Below are positions 9,686 to 20,186 of a stretch of 64,000 nt of DNA, piece by piece. The position numbers and the translations under genes were made by a program. The stretch's first letter is position 1, and each line of letters starts with the position of its first letter. The notes beneath the pieces were generated by a model. It saw only the letters and a program-made list of their open reading frames with translations. It searched no databases and was not told where the DNA came from. The DNA is from a virus. Lineage: Duplodnaviria > Heunggongvirae > Uroviricota > Caudoviricetes. Where the stretch lies: the IMG/VR virus record IMGVR_UViG_2651869695_000003; one strand, given 5' to 3'.

Positions 9686-10891
9686 ATGGCGGTAGATATT
9701 AAAGATGTCGAACAGGTCGCGCAGGAGCTGCAGCAGAAGTTTGACGACTTCAAAGCAAAGAACGACAAGCGCGTGGATGCGATTGAGCAGGAAAAAGGCA
9801 AGCTTGCCGGACAGGTGGAAACCCTGAACGGGAAACTCAGCGAGCTGGAAAATCTCAAAAGCGACCTTGAAAAAGAGCTGCTTGAGCTGAAACGTCCGGC
9901 AGGTGGATCGCAAAATAAACTGGCCACCGAGCATAAAGAGGCGTTTGTGGGCTTCCTGCGTAAAGGCCGTGAAGACGGTCTGCGCGATCTGGAGCGTAAG
10001 GCATTGCAGGTGGGCACCGATGAAGACGGTGGCTACGCCGTGCCGGAAGAACTGGATCGCAACATTCTTAACCTGCTGAAAGATGAAGTGGTGATGCGTC
10101 AGGAAGCCACGGTGATCACCGTTGGCGGTTCCGACTACAAAAAACTGGTGAATCTGGGCGGTACGGCTTCCGGATGGGTGGGGGAAACGGATACGCGATC
10201 CCAGACTGCCACCTCCAGACTGGAGCTGATTGAACCTCTCATGGGGGAAATCTACGGCAACCCGCAGGCTACCCAGAAAATGCTGGACGATGCCTTCTTC
10301 AACGTGGAGGCCTGGATCAACAGCGAGCTGGCGACCGAATTTGCCGAACAGGAAGAAATTGCCTTTACCACCGGCGATGGTACCAAGAAGCCAAAAGGGT
10401 TCCTGGCGTATGAATCTACTGATGAAACCGATAAGATCCGGGCGTTCGGCAAACTTCAGCATATTGTATCCGGCGAAGCGACCGCGGTGACCGCAGACGC
10501 CATTATCAAACTGATTTACACGCTGCGTAAGGCACACCGCACTGGCGCGAAGTTCATGATGAACAACAACAGCCTGTTTGCCATCCGTCTGCTGAAAGAC
10601 ACCGAGGGTAACTATCTGTGGCGTCCGGGGCTGGAACTGGGGCAGCCGTCCTCTCTGGCGGGTTACGGTATCGCTGAAAACGAACAGATGCCGGATATCG
10701 CCGCTGATGCGAAAGCCATTGCATTTGGTAACTTCAAACGGGGTTACACCATCGTTGACCGTATCGGCACCCGCATTCTGCGTGACCCGTACACCAATAA
10801 ACCGTTTGTCGGTTTTTATACCACCAAGCGCACCGGCGGGATGCTGGTCGATTCGCAGGCCATCAAACTGCTGAAGATTGCAGCGGCGTAA
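9686..10891 (+). CDS. Major capsid protein (HK97 fold family)
   Basis: 401 aa with N-terminal coiled-coil delta-like region followed by capsid domain; follows protease. Confidence 0.85.
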   Translation: MAVDIKDVEQVAQELQQKFDDFKAKNDKRVDAIEQEKGKLAGQVETLNGKLSELENLKSDLEKELLELKRPAGGSQNKLATEHKEAFVGFLRKGREDGLRDLERKALQVGTDEDGGYAVPEELDRNILNLLKDEVVMRQEATVITVGGSDYKKLVNLGGTASGWVGETDTRSQTATSRLELIEPLMGEIYGNPQATQKMLDDAFFNVEAWINSELATEFAEQEEIAFTTGDGTKKPKGFLAYESTDETDKIRAFGKLQHIVSGEATAVTADAIIKLIYTLRKAHRTGAKFMMNNNSLFAIRLLKDTEGNYLWRPGLELGQPSSLAGYGIAENEQMPDIAADAKAIAFGNFKRGYTIVDRIGTRILRDPYTNKPFVGFYTTKRTGGMLVDSQAIKLLKIAAA

Positions 10892-10898
10892 TCACTCA

Positions 10899-10918
10899 GG
10901 GGCGCGGAACCGCGCCCC
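10899..10918 (+). terminator. Stable hairpin downstream of capsid gene
   Basis: GGGGCGCG-GAAC-CGCGCCCC; weak T tract. Confidence 0.35.
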
Positions 10919-10940
10919 CTGTTCTGACGGGTGAAGAATC

Positions 10941-11141
10941 ATGATCCTGAAACAAGATCTGAAATGGTCACCGGACGGTATGCGTGTTGAGGTCATTCGG
11001 GCCGGTGAGTATGACGACGGGGCGCTTCCTGCCCGGGTGCAGGAGATTGCACTTCAGGCCGGGTTAGCAGAGCGCGGAATCAGTGCAAAAAGCAGTAAAG
11101 CGGCAAAAGAGAAAAAAGCCACGACCAGTAAAGAGGGCTGA
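10941..11141 (+). CDS. Small hypothetical head-module protein
   Basis: 66-aa ORF in operon context. Confidence 0.4.
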   Translation: MILKQDLKWSPDGMRVEVIRAGEYDDGALPARVQEIALQAGLAERGISAKSSKAAKEKKATTSKEG

Positions 11142-11143
11142 GT

Positions 11144-11467
11144 ATGCTTCTGACAATGGAAGAGATTAAAGCCCAACTCCGGCTGGATGAGGATTTCGAT
11201 GCTGATGACCGCCATCTGCAACTGCTGGCCTGTGCGGCACAAAAGCGGACGGAAACGTATCTGAACCGGAAGCTCTATGCACCGGATGAAACCATTCCGG
11301 ACAGCGATCCGGACGGGCTGCACCTGCCGGATGATATTCGTCTGGGGATGCTGATGCTTATCAGCCATTTTTACGAAAACCGCTCGTCGGTTACGGAAGT
11401 GGAGAAACTCGACATGCCGCAGAGTTTTGGCTGGCTTGTCGGCCCGTACAGGTACTTTCCGCAATGA
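11144..11467 (+). CDS. Head-tail connector (gp6-like)
   Basis: 107 aa; N-terminus MLLTMEEIKAQLRLDEDFDADD typical of this family; synteny. Confidence 0.6.
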   Translation: MLLTMEEIKAQLRLDEDFDADDRHLQLLACAAQKRTETYLNRKLYAPDETIPDSDPDGLHLPDDIRLGMLMLISHFYENRSSVTEVEKLDMPQSFGWLVGPYRYFPQ

Positions 11468-11874
11468 AAATTCGTCAGGCGCAGACCAGCGCAACCTACA
11501 TTCTGCCGGACCCCGGTGAACTGAATAAACGCGTCCTGATCCGCCAGCGGGTGGATATGCCCGCGGATAACTTTGGCGTGGAGCCTCAATACCCGGTTAC
11601 GTTCCGGACATGGGCGAAGGTTATCCAGACCAGTGCCACCACCTGGCAGGAAACCGCGCAGACCGGGGACGCCATCACCCATTACATCACCATTCGTTAC
11701 CGCCGGGGGATCACCGCTGATTATGAGGTGGTCTGCGGTGACAGTGTGTACCGGGTGAAACGTCAGCGCGATCTGAACGGGGCGCGGCGCTTTCTGCTGC
11801 TGGAGTGTACGGAGCTGGGCGAATGTGGGCAGAGTCACGGAGGCAACAATGACGACTTCCTTTTTGCACGTTGA
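11464..11874 (+). CDS. Head closure / head-tail adaptor protein
   Basis: 136 aa, synteny after connector. Confidence 0.55.
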   Translation: MKIRQAQTSATYILPDPGELNKRVLIRQRVDMPADNFGVEPQYPVTFRTWAKVIQTSATTWQETAQTGDAITHYITIRYRRGITADYEVVCGDSVYRVKRQRDLNGARRFLLLECTELGECGQSHGGNNDDFLFAR

Positions 11875-12355
11875 TTTTCAGCAGCCCGCGGAGATGCGCT
11901 TTAACCGCGCCCGTGTCCGGCGGGCGTTTGTCACGATTGGTCAGCGTCATATGCGTGATGCCCGTCGGCTGGTGATGCGCCGTGCGCGGTCGGCACCGGG
12001 TGAAAACCCCGGTTATCAGACCGGACGCCTGGCTCGTTCGATTGGTTACATGGTACCCAGAGCCAGTAAACATCGCCCTGGTTTTATGGCACGTATAGCC
12101 CCTAACCAGCGTAATGGAGAGGGAAACCGCCGTATCACCGGTGATTTTTATCCGGCTTTTTTGTTCTATGGCGTGAGGCGAGGGGCAAAGCGTCGTCGCA
12201 GCCATCATCGTGGTGCATCCGGTGGCAGCGGCTGGCGACTGGCTCCACGTAATAACTTCATGGTGGAAACGCTTGAAAAGAACCGCAGCTGGACACGCTA
12301 TTTTCTGGCGCGGGAATTGCGTAAATCACTGAAGCCGGAGCGACGACACAGATGA
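11825..12355 (+). CDS. Virion morphogenesis protein (HK97 gp10-like), start uncertain
   Basis: 176-aa basic ORF, synteny. Confidence 0.5.
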   Translation: MGRVTEATMTTSFLHVDFQQPAEMRFNRARVRRAFVTIGQRHMRDARRLVMRRARSAPGENPGYQTGRLARSIGYMVPRASKHRPGFMARIAPNQRNGEGNRRITGDFYPAFLFYGVRRGAKRRRSHHRGASGGSGWRLAPRNNFMVETLEKNRSWTRYFLARELRKSLKPERRHR

Positions 12356-12912
12356 AACTGACGCCTGTTATTGCTGCACTGCGTGCCCGCTGTCCATATT
12401 TTGAAAACCGGGTTGCAGGCGCGGCCCAGTTCAAAAATCTGCCGGAGGTCGGAAAGCTGAAACTCCCGGCGGCATATGTTGTACCGGGTGATGATTCTCC
12501 GGGAGAAAACAAAAGCCAGACCGACTACTGGCAGGAGCTGAAAGAGGGCTTCTCCGTGGTTGTCATACTGAGTAACGGGCGTGATGAGCGCGGTCAGTTT
12601 GCTTCGTATGATGTGGTGGACGATGTCCGGCAGATGCTCTTTAAGGCCCTGCTGGGCTGGAACCCGGAAGCGTGCGGTAACCCGATTAACTATGACGGCG
12701 GCACGCTGCTGGATCTGAATCGTCATGAGCTGATTTATCAGTTCGATTTTTCGATCATCAGCGAGCTGACCGAAGACGATACCCGCCAGCAGGATGACCT
12801 GAACAGTCTGGATGAACTGCGAACGCTGGCGATTGATGTTGATTATCTCGATCCCGGTAACGGGCCTGACGGCGATATCGAACATCACACCGAAATAACC
12901 CTTCCTTCCTGA
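12352..12912 (+). CDS. Tail completion / neck protein (putative)
   Basis: 186 aa, translationally coupled, precedes sheath. Confidence 0.5.
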   Translation: MKLTPVIAALRARCPYFENRVAGAAQFKNLPEVGKLKLPAAYVVPGDDSPGENKSQTDYWQELKEGFSVVVILSNGRDERGQFASYDVVDDVRQMLFKALLGWNPEACGNPINYDGGTLLDLNRHELIYQFDFSIISELTEDDTRQQDDLNSLDELRTLAIDVDYLDPGNGPDGDIEHHTEITLPS

Positions 12913-12920
12913 GAATCTTC

Positions 12921-13091
12921 ATGTTTGTGAAACCTGTTAAAGGGCGGTCAGTGCCTGACCCTGCCCGCGGTGACCTTTTGCCCGCCGAAGGGCGAAATGT
13001 TGACGAGAACAACTACTGGCTGCGCCGTGAAGCAGCGGGTGATATCCGGCGCGTGAATAAAAAGGTGAACACCGATGACGATAAGCTTTAA
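12921..13091 (+). CDS. Small protein upstream of tail sheath (56 aa)
   Basis: ORF below the track's 60-aa cutoff, read manually; overlaps sheath start. Confidence 0.35.
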   Translation: MFVKPVKGRSVPDPARGDLLPAEGRNVDENNYWLRREAAGDIRRVNKKVNTDDDKL

Positions 13092-14571
13092 CACCATTCC
13101 GTCGAATACGCTGGTTCCGCTGTTTTATGCGGAAATGGATAACCAGGCGGCGAATACTGCACAGGACAACGGAGCATCGCTGCTGATTGGTCATGCCAAT
13201 AACGGTGCAGAGATTGTTGCCAACAGTCTGGTGCTGATGCCGTCGGCAGACTATGCACGCCAGATTTGTGGTGCGGGAAGTCAGCTGGCGCGTATGGTCG
13301 AGGCTTATCGCCAGACCGACCCGTTTGGTGAGCTGTATGTGATTGCCGTTCCGGAAGCCACAGGCGCGGCGGCAACGGTTACGCTGACGGTGACCGGGGA
13401 AGCAACCGAAAGCGGCACGGTGAATGTCTATGTGGGACGTACCCGCGTGCAGGCTCCGGTGACCAACGGCGATAACGTCACGACGATTGCCAGCAGTATC
13501 AAAGATGCCATCAATGCCGTTCCGACTCTGCCGTTTACAGCTTCATCTTCGGCTGGCGTGGTCACACTGACCGCGCGTCATAAGGGGCTTTGCGGGAATG
13601 AAATTCCTGTCAGCCTCAATTACTACGGCTTCGGTGGGGGCGAAGTGCTGCCAGCGGGCGTACAGATTGCCGTGGCGACGGGGAACGCCGGAACGGGCGC
13701 TCCTGTTCTCACCGGCGCGGTGGCTGCAATGGCGGATGAGCCGTTTGATTATATCGGCCTGCCGTTCAACGACACGGCCTCCGTTAACACGCTGGTGACC
13801 GAGATGAACGATACCAGCGGTCGCTGGAGCTATGCGCGTCAGCTGTATGGTCATGTGTATACGGCAAAGATCGGCACGCTGTCAGAACTGGTGACCGCAG
13901 GTGACCAGTTTAACCAGCAGCACATTACCCTAGCGGGGTACGAAAAAGACACCCAGACGCCTGCCGACGAGCTGGCGGCAAGCCGTACCGCCCGCGCAGC
14001 GGTGTTTATCCGCAACGATCCGGCACGTCCCACGCAGACCGGTGAGCTGGTGGGTATGCTGCCTGCGCCGAAGGGGAAACGGTTCACGATGACCGAGCAG
14101 CAGACCCTGCTGTCTCATGGCGTGGCAACGGCGTATGTCGAAAGCGGGGTGCTGCGCATTCAGCGTGATGTCACCACGTACAGGAAAAATGCTTACGGGG
14201 TTGCGGATAACAGCTACCTCGACAGCGAGACGCTGCATACCAGTGCGTATGTACTGCGCAAACTGAAATCCGTCATTACCAGTAAGTACGGGCGTCACAA
14301 GCTTGCCAGCGACGGTACCCGCTTTGGTCCCGGTCAGGCGATTGTCACCCCGGCGGTAATCAAAGGGGAACTGCTGGCAACCTACCGTCAGCTTGAGCGT
14401 GCGGGGATCGTGGAAAACTACGAACTGTTTAAGCAGTACCTGGTTGTGGAGCGTGATGCCAGCGATCCGAACCGCCTGAACACGCTGTTCCCGCCTGACT
14501 ATGTTAACCAGTTGCGTGTTTTTGCCGTGGTTAACCAGTTCCGTCTTCAGTATTCAGAGGAGTCTGCATAA
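13075..14571 (+). CDS. Tail sheath protein (Mu L-like)
   Basis: 498 aa, followed by 118-aa tube gene; contractile-tail synteny. Confidence 0.85.
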   Translation: MTISFNTIPSNTLVPLFYAEMDNQAANTAQDNGASLLIGHANNGAEIVANSLVLMPSADYARQICGAGSQLARMVEAYRQTDPFGELYVIAVPEATGAAATVTLTVTGEATESGTVNVYVGRTRVQAPVTNGDNVTTIASSIKDAINAVPTLPFTASSSAGVVTLTARHKGLCGNEIPVSLNYYGFGGGEVLPAGVQIAVATGNAGTGAPVLTGAVAAMADEPFDYIGLPFNDTASVNTLVTEMNDTSGRWSYARQLYGHVYTAKIGTLSELVTAGDQFNQQHITLAGYEKDTQTPADELAASRTARAAVFIRNDPARPTQTGELVGMLPAPKGKRFTMTEQQTLLSHGVATAYVESGVLRIQRDVTTYRKNAYGVADNSYLDSETLHTSAYVLRKLKSVITSKYGRHKLASDGTRFGPGQAIVTPAVIKGELLATYRQLERAGIVENYELFKQYLVVERDASDPNRLNTLFPPDYVNQLRVFAVVNQFRLQYSEESA

Positions 14572-14927
14572 TGGCCCGTATCGGGGGAACCTGTTATTTC
14601 AAAATTGACGGTCAGCAGCTATCGCTGACCGGCGGCATTGAGGTGCCCATGAACAGGACGGTCAATGATGACATCATCGGCCTGGACGGTTCAGTGGACC
14701 GCAAGGAAACTCACCGTGCGCCTTATGTCAAAGGGACCTTCAAGGTGCCGAAGAATTTTCCGGTGAGCAAAATCACCTCGTCTGATGAGATGACCATCAC
14801 TGCCGAGCTGGCGAACGGTCAGGTCTATGTATTGTCGTCCGCCTGGCTGCACGGAGAAGCGAACCATAATGCCGAAGAAGGCACGGTTGATCTTGAGTTC
14901 CACGGTGAAGAAGGGGATTACCAGTAA
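14571..14927 (+). CDS. Tail tube protein (Mu M-like)
   Basis: 118 aa, directly after sheath. Confidence 0.75.
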   Translation: MARIGGTCYFKIDGQQLSLTGGIEVPMNRTVNDDIIGLDGSVDRKETHRAPYVKGTFKVPKNFPVSKITSSDEMTITAELANGQVYVLSSAWLHGEANHNAEEGTVDLEFHGEEGDYQ

Positions 14928-15196
14928 TGAAAGAGCTTGAGTTAAAGAAACCGATTATCGCTCATGGTGAGACACTCTCCGTACTGGAGTTTGATGAACC
15001 CACCGGGAAGGATGTCCGCGAGCTGGGGTATCCCTACCAGATGAATCAGGATGAGTCCGTCAGACTTCTGGCGCATGTGGTGTCGAAATACATTGTGCGG
15101 CTGGCGAAAGTGCCGCAAAGCTCTGTCGACCAGATGTCTCCGGCAGACCTGAATGCAGCGGCGTGGCTTGTGGCTGGTTTTTTCCTCCAGGCCTGA
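14927..15196 (+). CDS. Tail assembly chaperone (short form)
   Basis: 89 aa immediately upstream of tape measure gene. Confidence 0.6.
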   Translation: MKELELKKPIIAHGETLSVLEFDEPTGKDVRELGYPYQMNQDESVRLLAHVVSKYIVRLAKVPQSSVDQMSPADLNAAAWLVAGFFLQA

Positions 15197-15345
15197 CGGC
15201 TGAATACCTCACTGATCGCTTCTTTGACTGCGCCAGTTACTGGCGCATTAATCCCTTCGAATTGCTGAATATGCCGATCAGTGAAATTCCCTTGCTGGTC
15301 AGTCAGGCAAACAGGATAGAGCAGGAGAAACGCACACATGGCTGA
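14927..15345 (+). CDS. Tail assembly chaperone, -1 frameshift fusion product (long form)
   Basis: Overlapping -1 frame ORF 15163..15345; slippery heptamer T TTT TTC at 15178..15184. Confidence 0.5.
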
Positions 15346-17173
15346 ATTTGAGCTTAAGGCGTTGATCACCGGTGTCGACAGGCTTTCTCCCGCGCTGTCG
15401 AAAATGCAAAAGAAAATCCGGGGATTTAAACGCCAGGCGGAAGAAGCGTCACAGGGTGGGCTGGCGCTTGGTGGCGGACTGGCAGCGGGTCTGACGCTTT
15501 CCCTGAAATCTTATGCCGATCAGGAAAACGCCGCCACCGGGCTGAAAGTCGCCATGATGGATGCGAACGGCGAGGTTGGAAAGAGCTTTCAGGACATCAA
15601 TAAACTGGCTATTGGCCTGGGTAACCAGCTACCCGGTACAACGGCTGATTTCCAGAACATGATGCAGATGCTGGTGCGTCAGGGGATCCCGGCAGAAAAC
15701 ATTCTTGGTGGTGTGGGTAAAGCGACAGCTTATCTTGCGGTACAACTGAAAAAAACACCGGAAGCGGCTGCTGAGTTTGCTGCAAAGATGCAGGATGCTA
15801 CCGGAACGGCGTCAGAAGACATGATGGGGCTGTTCGACACTATCCAGAAGGCGTTTTATCTGGGCGTTGATGATACCAACATGTTGTCCTTCTTCACTAA
15901 AACCAGTTCTGTTCTGAAAATGGTGAATAAGGACGGTCTTCAGGCTGCACAGAGTCTTGCCCCCATCAGTGTCATGATGGATCAGATGGGGATGAACGGG
16001 GAGTCGGCAGGTAATGCCCTGCGAAAAGTTATCCAGTCCGGATTAAGCGTTAAGAAAATCAGGGACGTCAATAAAATCATGGCCCGCCAGAAACTCGGGG
16101 TACAGCTCGATTTTACTGATGGCAAAGGGAGTTTTGGCGGTCTTGATAACATGTTCAGGCAACTGGCAAAGCTGCGAAAACTGACCGACGTTAAGCGAAC
16201 CGGTGTACTTAAGGCAATATTTGGTGATGATGCCGAAACCCTTCAGGTGGTCAATGCGCTGATCGATAAAGGAAAGGATGGCTACGATCAGATCCAGCAG
16301 AAGATGAATAAACAGGCCAGCCTGAATAAACGTGTTCAGGCTCAGCTTGGTACGCTGTCCAACCTGTGGGAGGCAATGACGGGGACCGCAACTAACGGCC
16401 TTGCGGCTATTGGCGGCGCATTTTCTGGTGACGCTAAAAATATCACGCAATGGCTGGGGGAGTTAGGGGAAAAATTCACGAAGTTTGCGGATGAAAATCC
16501 CCGGGTTATTCGCGGCGTCGTCGGGCTTGCTGCCGGTCTTGCGATTCTGAAACTGGGATTGATGGGCGTTGGCGGTGCCATCAGTATTGTCAGCAGGATC
16601 ATGTCGATGACGCCGATTGGCATGATTGCGACGGCGATAGCCCTGGCTGCGGGATTAATTATCACTAACTGGGATGTTGTCGGACCTTATTTTAAGAAAC
16701 TCTGGGAAACCATTGGTCCTTATTTTGAGACTGGCTGGGAACTTCTTAAGAAGGTTTTTGCCTGGTCGCCGCTGGGGATGGTGATCAATAACTGGGGACC
16801 GGTTGTTAAGTGGTTTCAGGATATGTGGGACAAGCTGAAGCCAATTATTGAGTGGTTTACCGACAGTTCCGGTGACACGGTCGATGCCATTAACTCTGCG
16901 CAGTGGGGCGCGGGTGCTTATGATGCTTATGGGACGGGAATACCGGCGCGGGGATACACACCTTATCCGGCGGTAGATCCGGCTCAGTCAAACAACGCCT
17001 CCGATGCCACAGGCCTGAATCCCTTCATGATTAACAAAGCTTCTGCGCCAAAAGTTGATGGTGAGATCAAGGTCTCTTTTGTGAATTCGCCTCCGGGTAT
17101 GCGGGTTATGGAAACGCGATCCAGCGGTTTTGATGTCAGCCATGATGTTGGCTATACGCGCTTTGGCAGGTAA
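15338..17173 (+). CDS. Tail tape measure protein
   Basis: 611 aa, Ala/Gly-rich helical, hydrophobic C-terminal segment. Confidence 0.85.
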   Translation: MAEFELKALITGVDRLSPALSKMQKKIRGFKRQAEEASQGGLALGGGLAAGLTLSLKSYADQENAATGLKVAMMDANGEVGKSFQDINKLAIGLGNQLPGTTADFQNMMQMLVRQGIPAENILGGVGKATAYLAVQLKKTPEAAAEFAAKMQDATGTASEDMMGLFDTIQKAFYLGVDDTNMLSFFTKTSSVLKMVNKDGLQAAQSLAPISVMMDQMGMNGESAGNALRKVIQSGLSVKKIRDVNKIMARQKLGVQLDFTDGKGSFGGLDNMFRQLAKLRKLTDVKRTGVLKAIFGDDAETLQVVNALIDKGKDGYDQIQQKMNKQASLNKRVQAQLGTLSNLWEAMTGTATNGLAAIGGAFSGDAKNITQWLGELGEKFTKFADENPRVIRGVVGLAAGLAILKLGLMGVGGAISIVSRIMSMTPIGMIATAIALAAGLIITNWDVVGPYFKKLWETIGPYFETGWELLKKVFAWSPLGMVINNWGPVVKWFQDMWDKLKPIIEWFTDSSGDTVDAINSAQWGAGAYDAYGTGIPARGYTPYPAVDPAQSNNASDATGLNPFMINKASAPKVDGEIKVSFVNSPPGMRVMETRSSGFDVSHDVGYTRFGR

Positions 17174-17233
17174 TGAAAAATTAATCTGTTAATGAGTCCC
17201 ACTCCGGTGGGATTTTTTATGTACGGAGTTTAT

Positions 17234-18562
17234 ATGACGTGGAAAGACAGACTTCAGGACGCGTCATTTCGCGGTGTGCCGTTTAAGGTTGAAGAAGAAA
17301 GTGCGGGAACCGGTCGTCGTGTGGAAACGCACGAATACCCGAACCGCGACAAACCCTATACCGAAGACCTGGGGAAAATCACTTTCCGCCCGTCCATCAC
17401 GGCTTATGTGGTGGGAGATGACTGCTTTGACCAGCGCGATCGCCTGATTGACGCGCTGAATAAACCCGGTCCCGGCACGCTTGTCCATCCGACTTACGGT
17501 GAGCTGAAAGTCTGTGTTGACGGAGAGGTTCGGGTCAGCACATCGAAGAGTGAAGGGCGTATTGTCCGCTTTGACCTGAAGTTTGTCGAAGCGGGAGAAC
17601 TCTCTTACCCCACATCAGGTGCGGCGACGGCGCAGACGCTGATGTCATCCTGTTCTGCACTGGATGACTGCATCAGTGACAGTTTCAGTAGTTTCAGTAT
17701 CGATGGCGTGGCAGATTTTGTGCAGAACGACGTCGTCGGTAATGCCAGCACAATGCTTGGGTATGTTTCTGATGCGATGAAAGTGGTGGATTCTGCCGTA
17801 TCGGATGCCGCCAGGCTGTTGCAGGGGGATATCTCGGTACTTCTGCCGCCGCCATCGTCAGGCAAAAATTTCGTTGAGCAGGTGCAGAAAATGTGGCGTA
17901 CCGGGAAACGCCTTTATGGTAACGCCAGCGACCTGGTCACCATGATCAAAACGCTTTCCGGTGTCAGCCTCGGCAGCGATCTGCAACCGCGCGGCGTCTG
18001 GAAAACGGACAGTAAAACCACCGCCACGGCTACGCAGCAGCGTAACGTGGTTGCCAGCACCCTTCGTACGACCGCAATCAGCGAAGCGGCGTATGCCGTC
18101 ACCCGATTGCCTGCGCCAACAACTTCCGCGGTGATGCAGAATGCCGCAGTGGGGCAGGCAACAACACCTGCGCAGAGCACTGGCTGGCCTTCCGTCACGC
18201 ATCCGGCACTGAACAATGCACCGGCGGTGAAAAACACAGTTGACCTGCCGACGTGGGAAGAACTGACTGACATTCGCGACACACTGAATACGGCAATTGA
18301 TAAGGAGTTGTCCCGTACAACCAGTGATGCGCTGTTTCTGGCGCTGCGCCGGGTGAAAGCAGATCTGAATGCGGATATCAACACGCGCCTTGAACAGTCT
18401 GCACGGATCATTCAGCGCACGCCGGATGAGGTTTTACCCGCGCTGGTGCTGGCGGCGACCTGGTTTGATAACGCGGCGCGTGACGCGGACATTATCCGGC
18501 GTAATGCCATTACGCATCCCGGCTTTGTGCCGGTGATCCCTCTGAAGGTGCCAGTGCAATGA
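17234..18562 (+). CDS. DNA circularisation protein N-like (Mu gpN family)
   Basis: Motif WKDRLQDASFRGVPF at N-terminus; GGAG 6 nt upstream of ATG 17234; ORF track start 17192 is an upstream extension. Confidence 0.7.
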   Translation: MTWKDRLQDASFRGVPFKVEEESAGTGRRVETHEYPNRDKPYTEDLGKITFRPSITAYVVGDDCFDQRDRLIDALNKPGPGTLVHPTYGELKVCVDGEVRVSTSKSEGRIVRFDLKFVEAGELSYPTSGAATAQTLMSSCSALDDCISDSFSSFSIDGVADFVQNDVVGNASTMLGYVSDAMKVVDSAVSDAARLLQGDISVLLPPPSSGKNFVEQVQKMWRTGKRLYGNASDLVTMIKTLSGVSLGSDLQPRGVWKTDSKTTATATQQRNVVASTLRTTAISEAAYAVTRLPAPTTSAVMQNAAVGQATTPAQSTGWPSVTHPALNNAPAVKNTVDLPTWEELTDIRDTLNTAIDKELSRTTSDALFLALRRVKADLNADINTRLEQSARIIQRTPDEVLPALVLAATWFDNAARDADIIRRNAITHPGFVPVIPLKVPVQ

Positions 18563-19638
18563 ACGATAACGTCACGCTACGGGTAAATGGCCGGGAGTGG
18601 AATGGCTGGACATCGGTGCGCATCGGTGCCGGTATTGAACGGCTGGCGCGGGATTTCAGTGTGGAGATCACTCGCCAGTGGCCGGGAGATGAGGGTATCA
18701 CCACGCTTCAGCCGCGCATTAAAAACGGTTCAAAAGTGGAAGTGCTGATTGGTGATGAGCTGGTGATCACCGGCTGGGTGGAGGCGACGCCCGTTCGGTA
18801 CGATGCCCGTTCGGTCAGCACCGGTATTGCCGGACGTAGTCTGACGGCTGACCTGATTGACTGTGCAGCCGAACCGACACAGTTTAACGGACGCTCGCTG
18901 GTGCAGATTGCGCAGGCGCTTGCTGCGCCTTTCGGCATTGAGGTGGTGAACAGCGGTGCGCCGTCGGGTGTTATTCCTGATGTTCAGCCTGATCACGGTG
19001 AAACGGTGATTGAGGTAATCAACAAAATACTCGGTCAGCAGCAGGCGCTGGCTTACGACGACCCGCACGGCAGGCTGGTGATTGGCGGTATTGGCTCAAC
19101 GCGGGCACATACCGCGCTGGTACTTGGGGAAAACATCCTTTCCTGTGATACGGAGAAGAGTATCCGGGACCGGTTTTCTGTTTACCAGGTGGCGGGGCAG
19201 CGTGCCGGAAACGACGATGATTTCGGTGAGGCCACCACCACCGCGCTGCGGGCCCGCACAGAGGACGCATTTATTGCCCGTTACCGTCCGATGTATATCA
19301 GGCAGACAGGGCAGGCTACGGGGGCAGGCTGTATTGCGCGTGCTGACTTTGAAGCCCGGCAACGGGCGGCGCGGACGGATGAAACCACCTATGTGGTGCA
19401 GGGCTGGCGACAGGGTAACGGTACGCTGTGGCAACCCAACCAGCGGGTGATTGTCTTTGATCCGGTCTGTGGTTTTGACAATACCGAACTGCTTGTTTCG
19501 GAAGTCACGTTTACTCAGGACCAGAACGGCACCCTGACGGAAATCCGTGTCGGCCCGCCTGATGCTTATCTGCCTGAACCTGAAGCCCCCGGCGCGCGGA
19601 AAAAGAAAAAAGCCAGAGTACAGGAGGACCCGTTCTGA
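18559..19638 (+). CDS. Baseplate/tail protein (Mu gpP-like)
   Basis: 359 aa, synteny. Confidence 0.7.
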   Translation: MNDNVTLRVNGREWNGWTSVRIGAGIERLARDFSVEITRQWPGDEGITTLQPRIKNGSKVEVLIGDELVITGWVEATPVRYDARSVSTGIAGRSLTADLIDCAAEPTQFNGRSLVQIAQALAAPFGIEVVNSGAPSGVIPDVQPDHGETVIEVINKILGQQQALAYDDPHGRLVIGGIGSTRAHTALVLGENILSCDTEKSIRDRFSVYQVAGQRAGNDDDFGEATTTALRARTEDAFIARYRPMYIRQTGQATGAGCIARADFEARQRAARTDETTYVVQGWRQGNGTLWQPNQRVIVFDPVCGFDNTELLVSEVTFTQDQNGTLTEIRVGPPDAYLPEPEAPGARKKKKARVQEDPF

Positions 19639-20186
19639 TGAGGACGATTGAAGCCATGCAGCGACAACTTCTCGGCCTGATTGGGCGGGCAGTGGTGAAA
19701 AGCATCAGTGCCGCCACGAAATGTCAGACCGTGGATGTGTCCCTGATTGCCGGTGAACCCAAAGCCGGGGTTGAACATCTTGAACCCTACGGTTTTACCG
19801 CAAGGGCAAACAGCGGTGCGGAAGCGGTGGTGTTGTTTCCGGATGGCGACCGTTCTCATGCGGTGGTTGTTACGGTGTCGGACCGGCGCTACCGCCTGAA
19901 AGGGCTGCAGACGGGTGAGGTGGCTGTCTATGACGATCAGGGGCAGTCTGTGACGCTGACCCGGGAGGGGATCGTGGTGGACGGTGCAGGTAAAACGATC
20001 ACGTTTCGCAATGCGCCCAGAGCACGTTTTGAAATGGACCTGGAAGTGACCGGACAGGTGAAAGACCTGTGCGACTCCGGCGGCACCACCATGTCAGCGA
20101 TGCGGCTTGCCTATAACGGCCATTGTCACAGAGAGAACGGTCAGGGCAGTAACACCGACAAACCGGATAAAGCGATGGAGGCATGA
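19638..20186 (+). CDS. Baseplate assembly protein V (spike)
   Basis: 182 aa, synteny. Confidence 0.7.
   Translation: MRTIEAMQRQLLGLIGRAVVKSISAATKCQTVDVSLIAGEPKAGVEHLEPYGFTARANSGAEAVVLFPDGDRSHAVVVTVSDRRYRLKGLQTGEVAVYDDQGQSVTLTREGIVVDGAGKTITFRNAPRARFEMDLEVTGQVKDLCDSGGTTMSAMRLAYNGHCHRENGQGSNTDKPDKAMEA

Noticed and set aside
15163-15345. Independent 60-aa gene between chaperone and tape measure
   Set aside because: Begins inside the chaperone in the -1 frame at a TTTTTTC slippery site; better explained as the frameshift extension.
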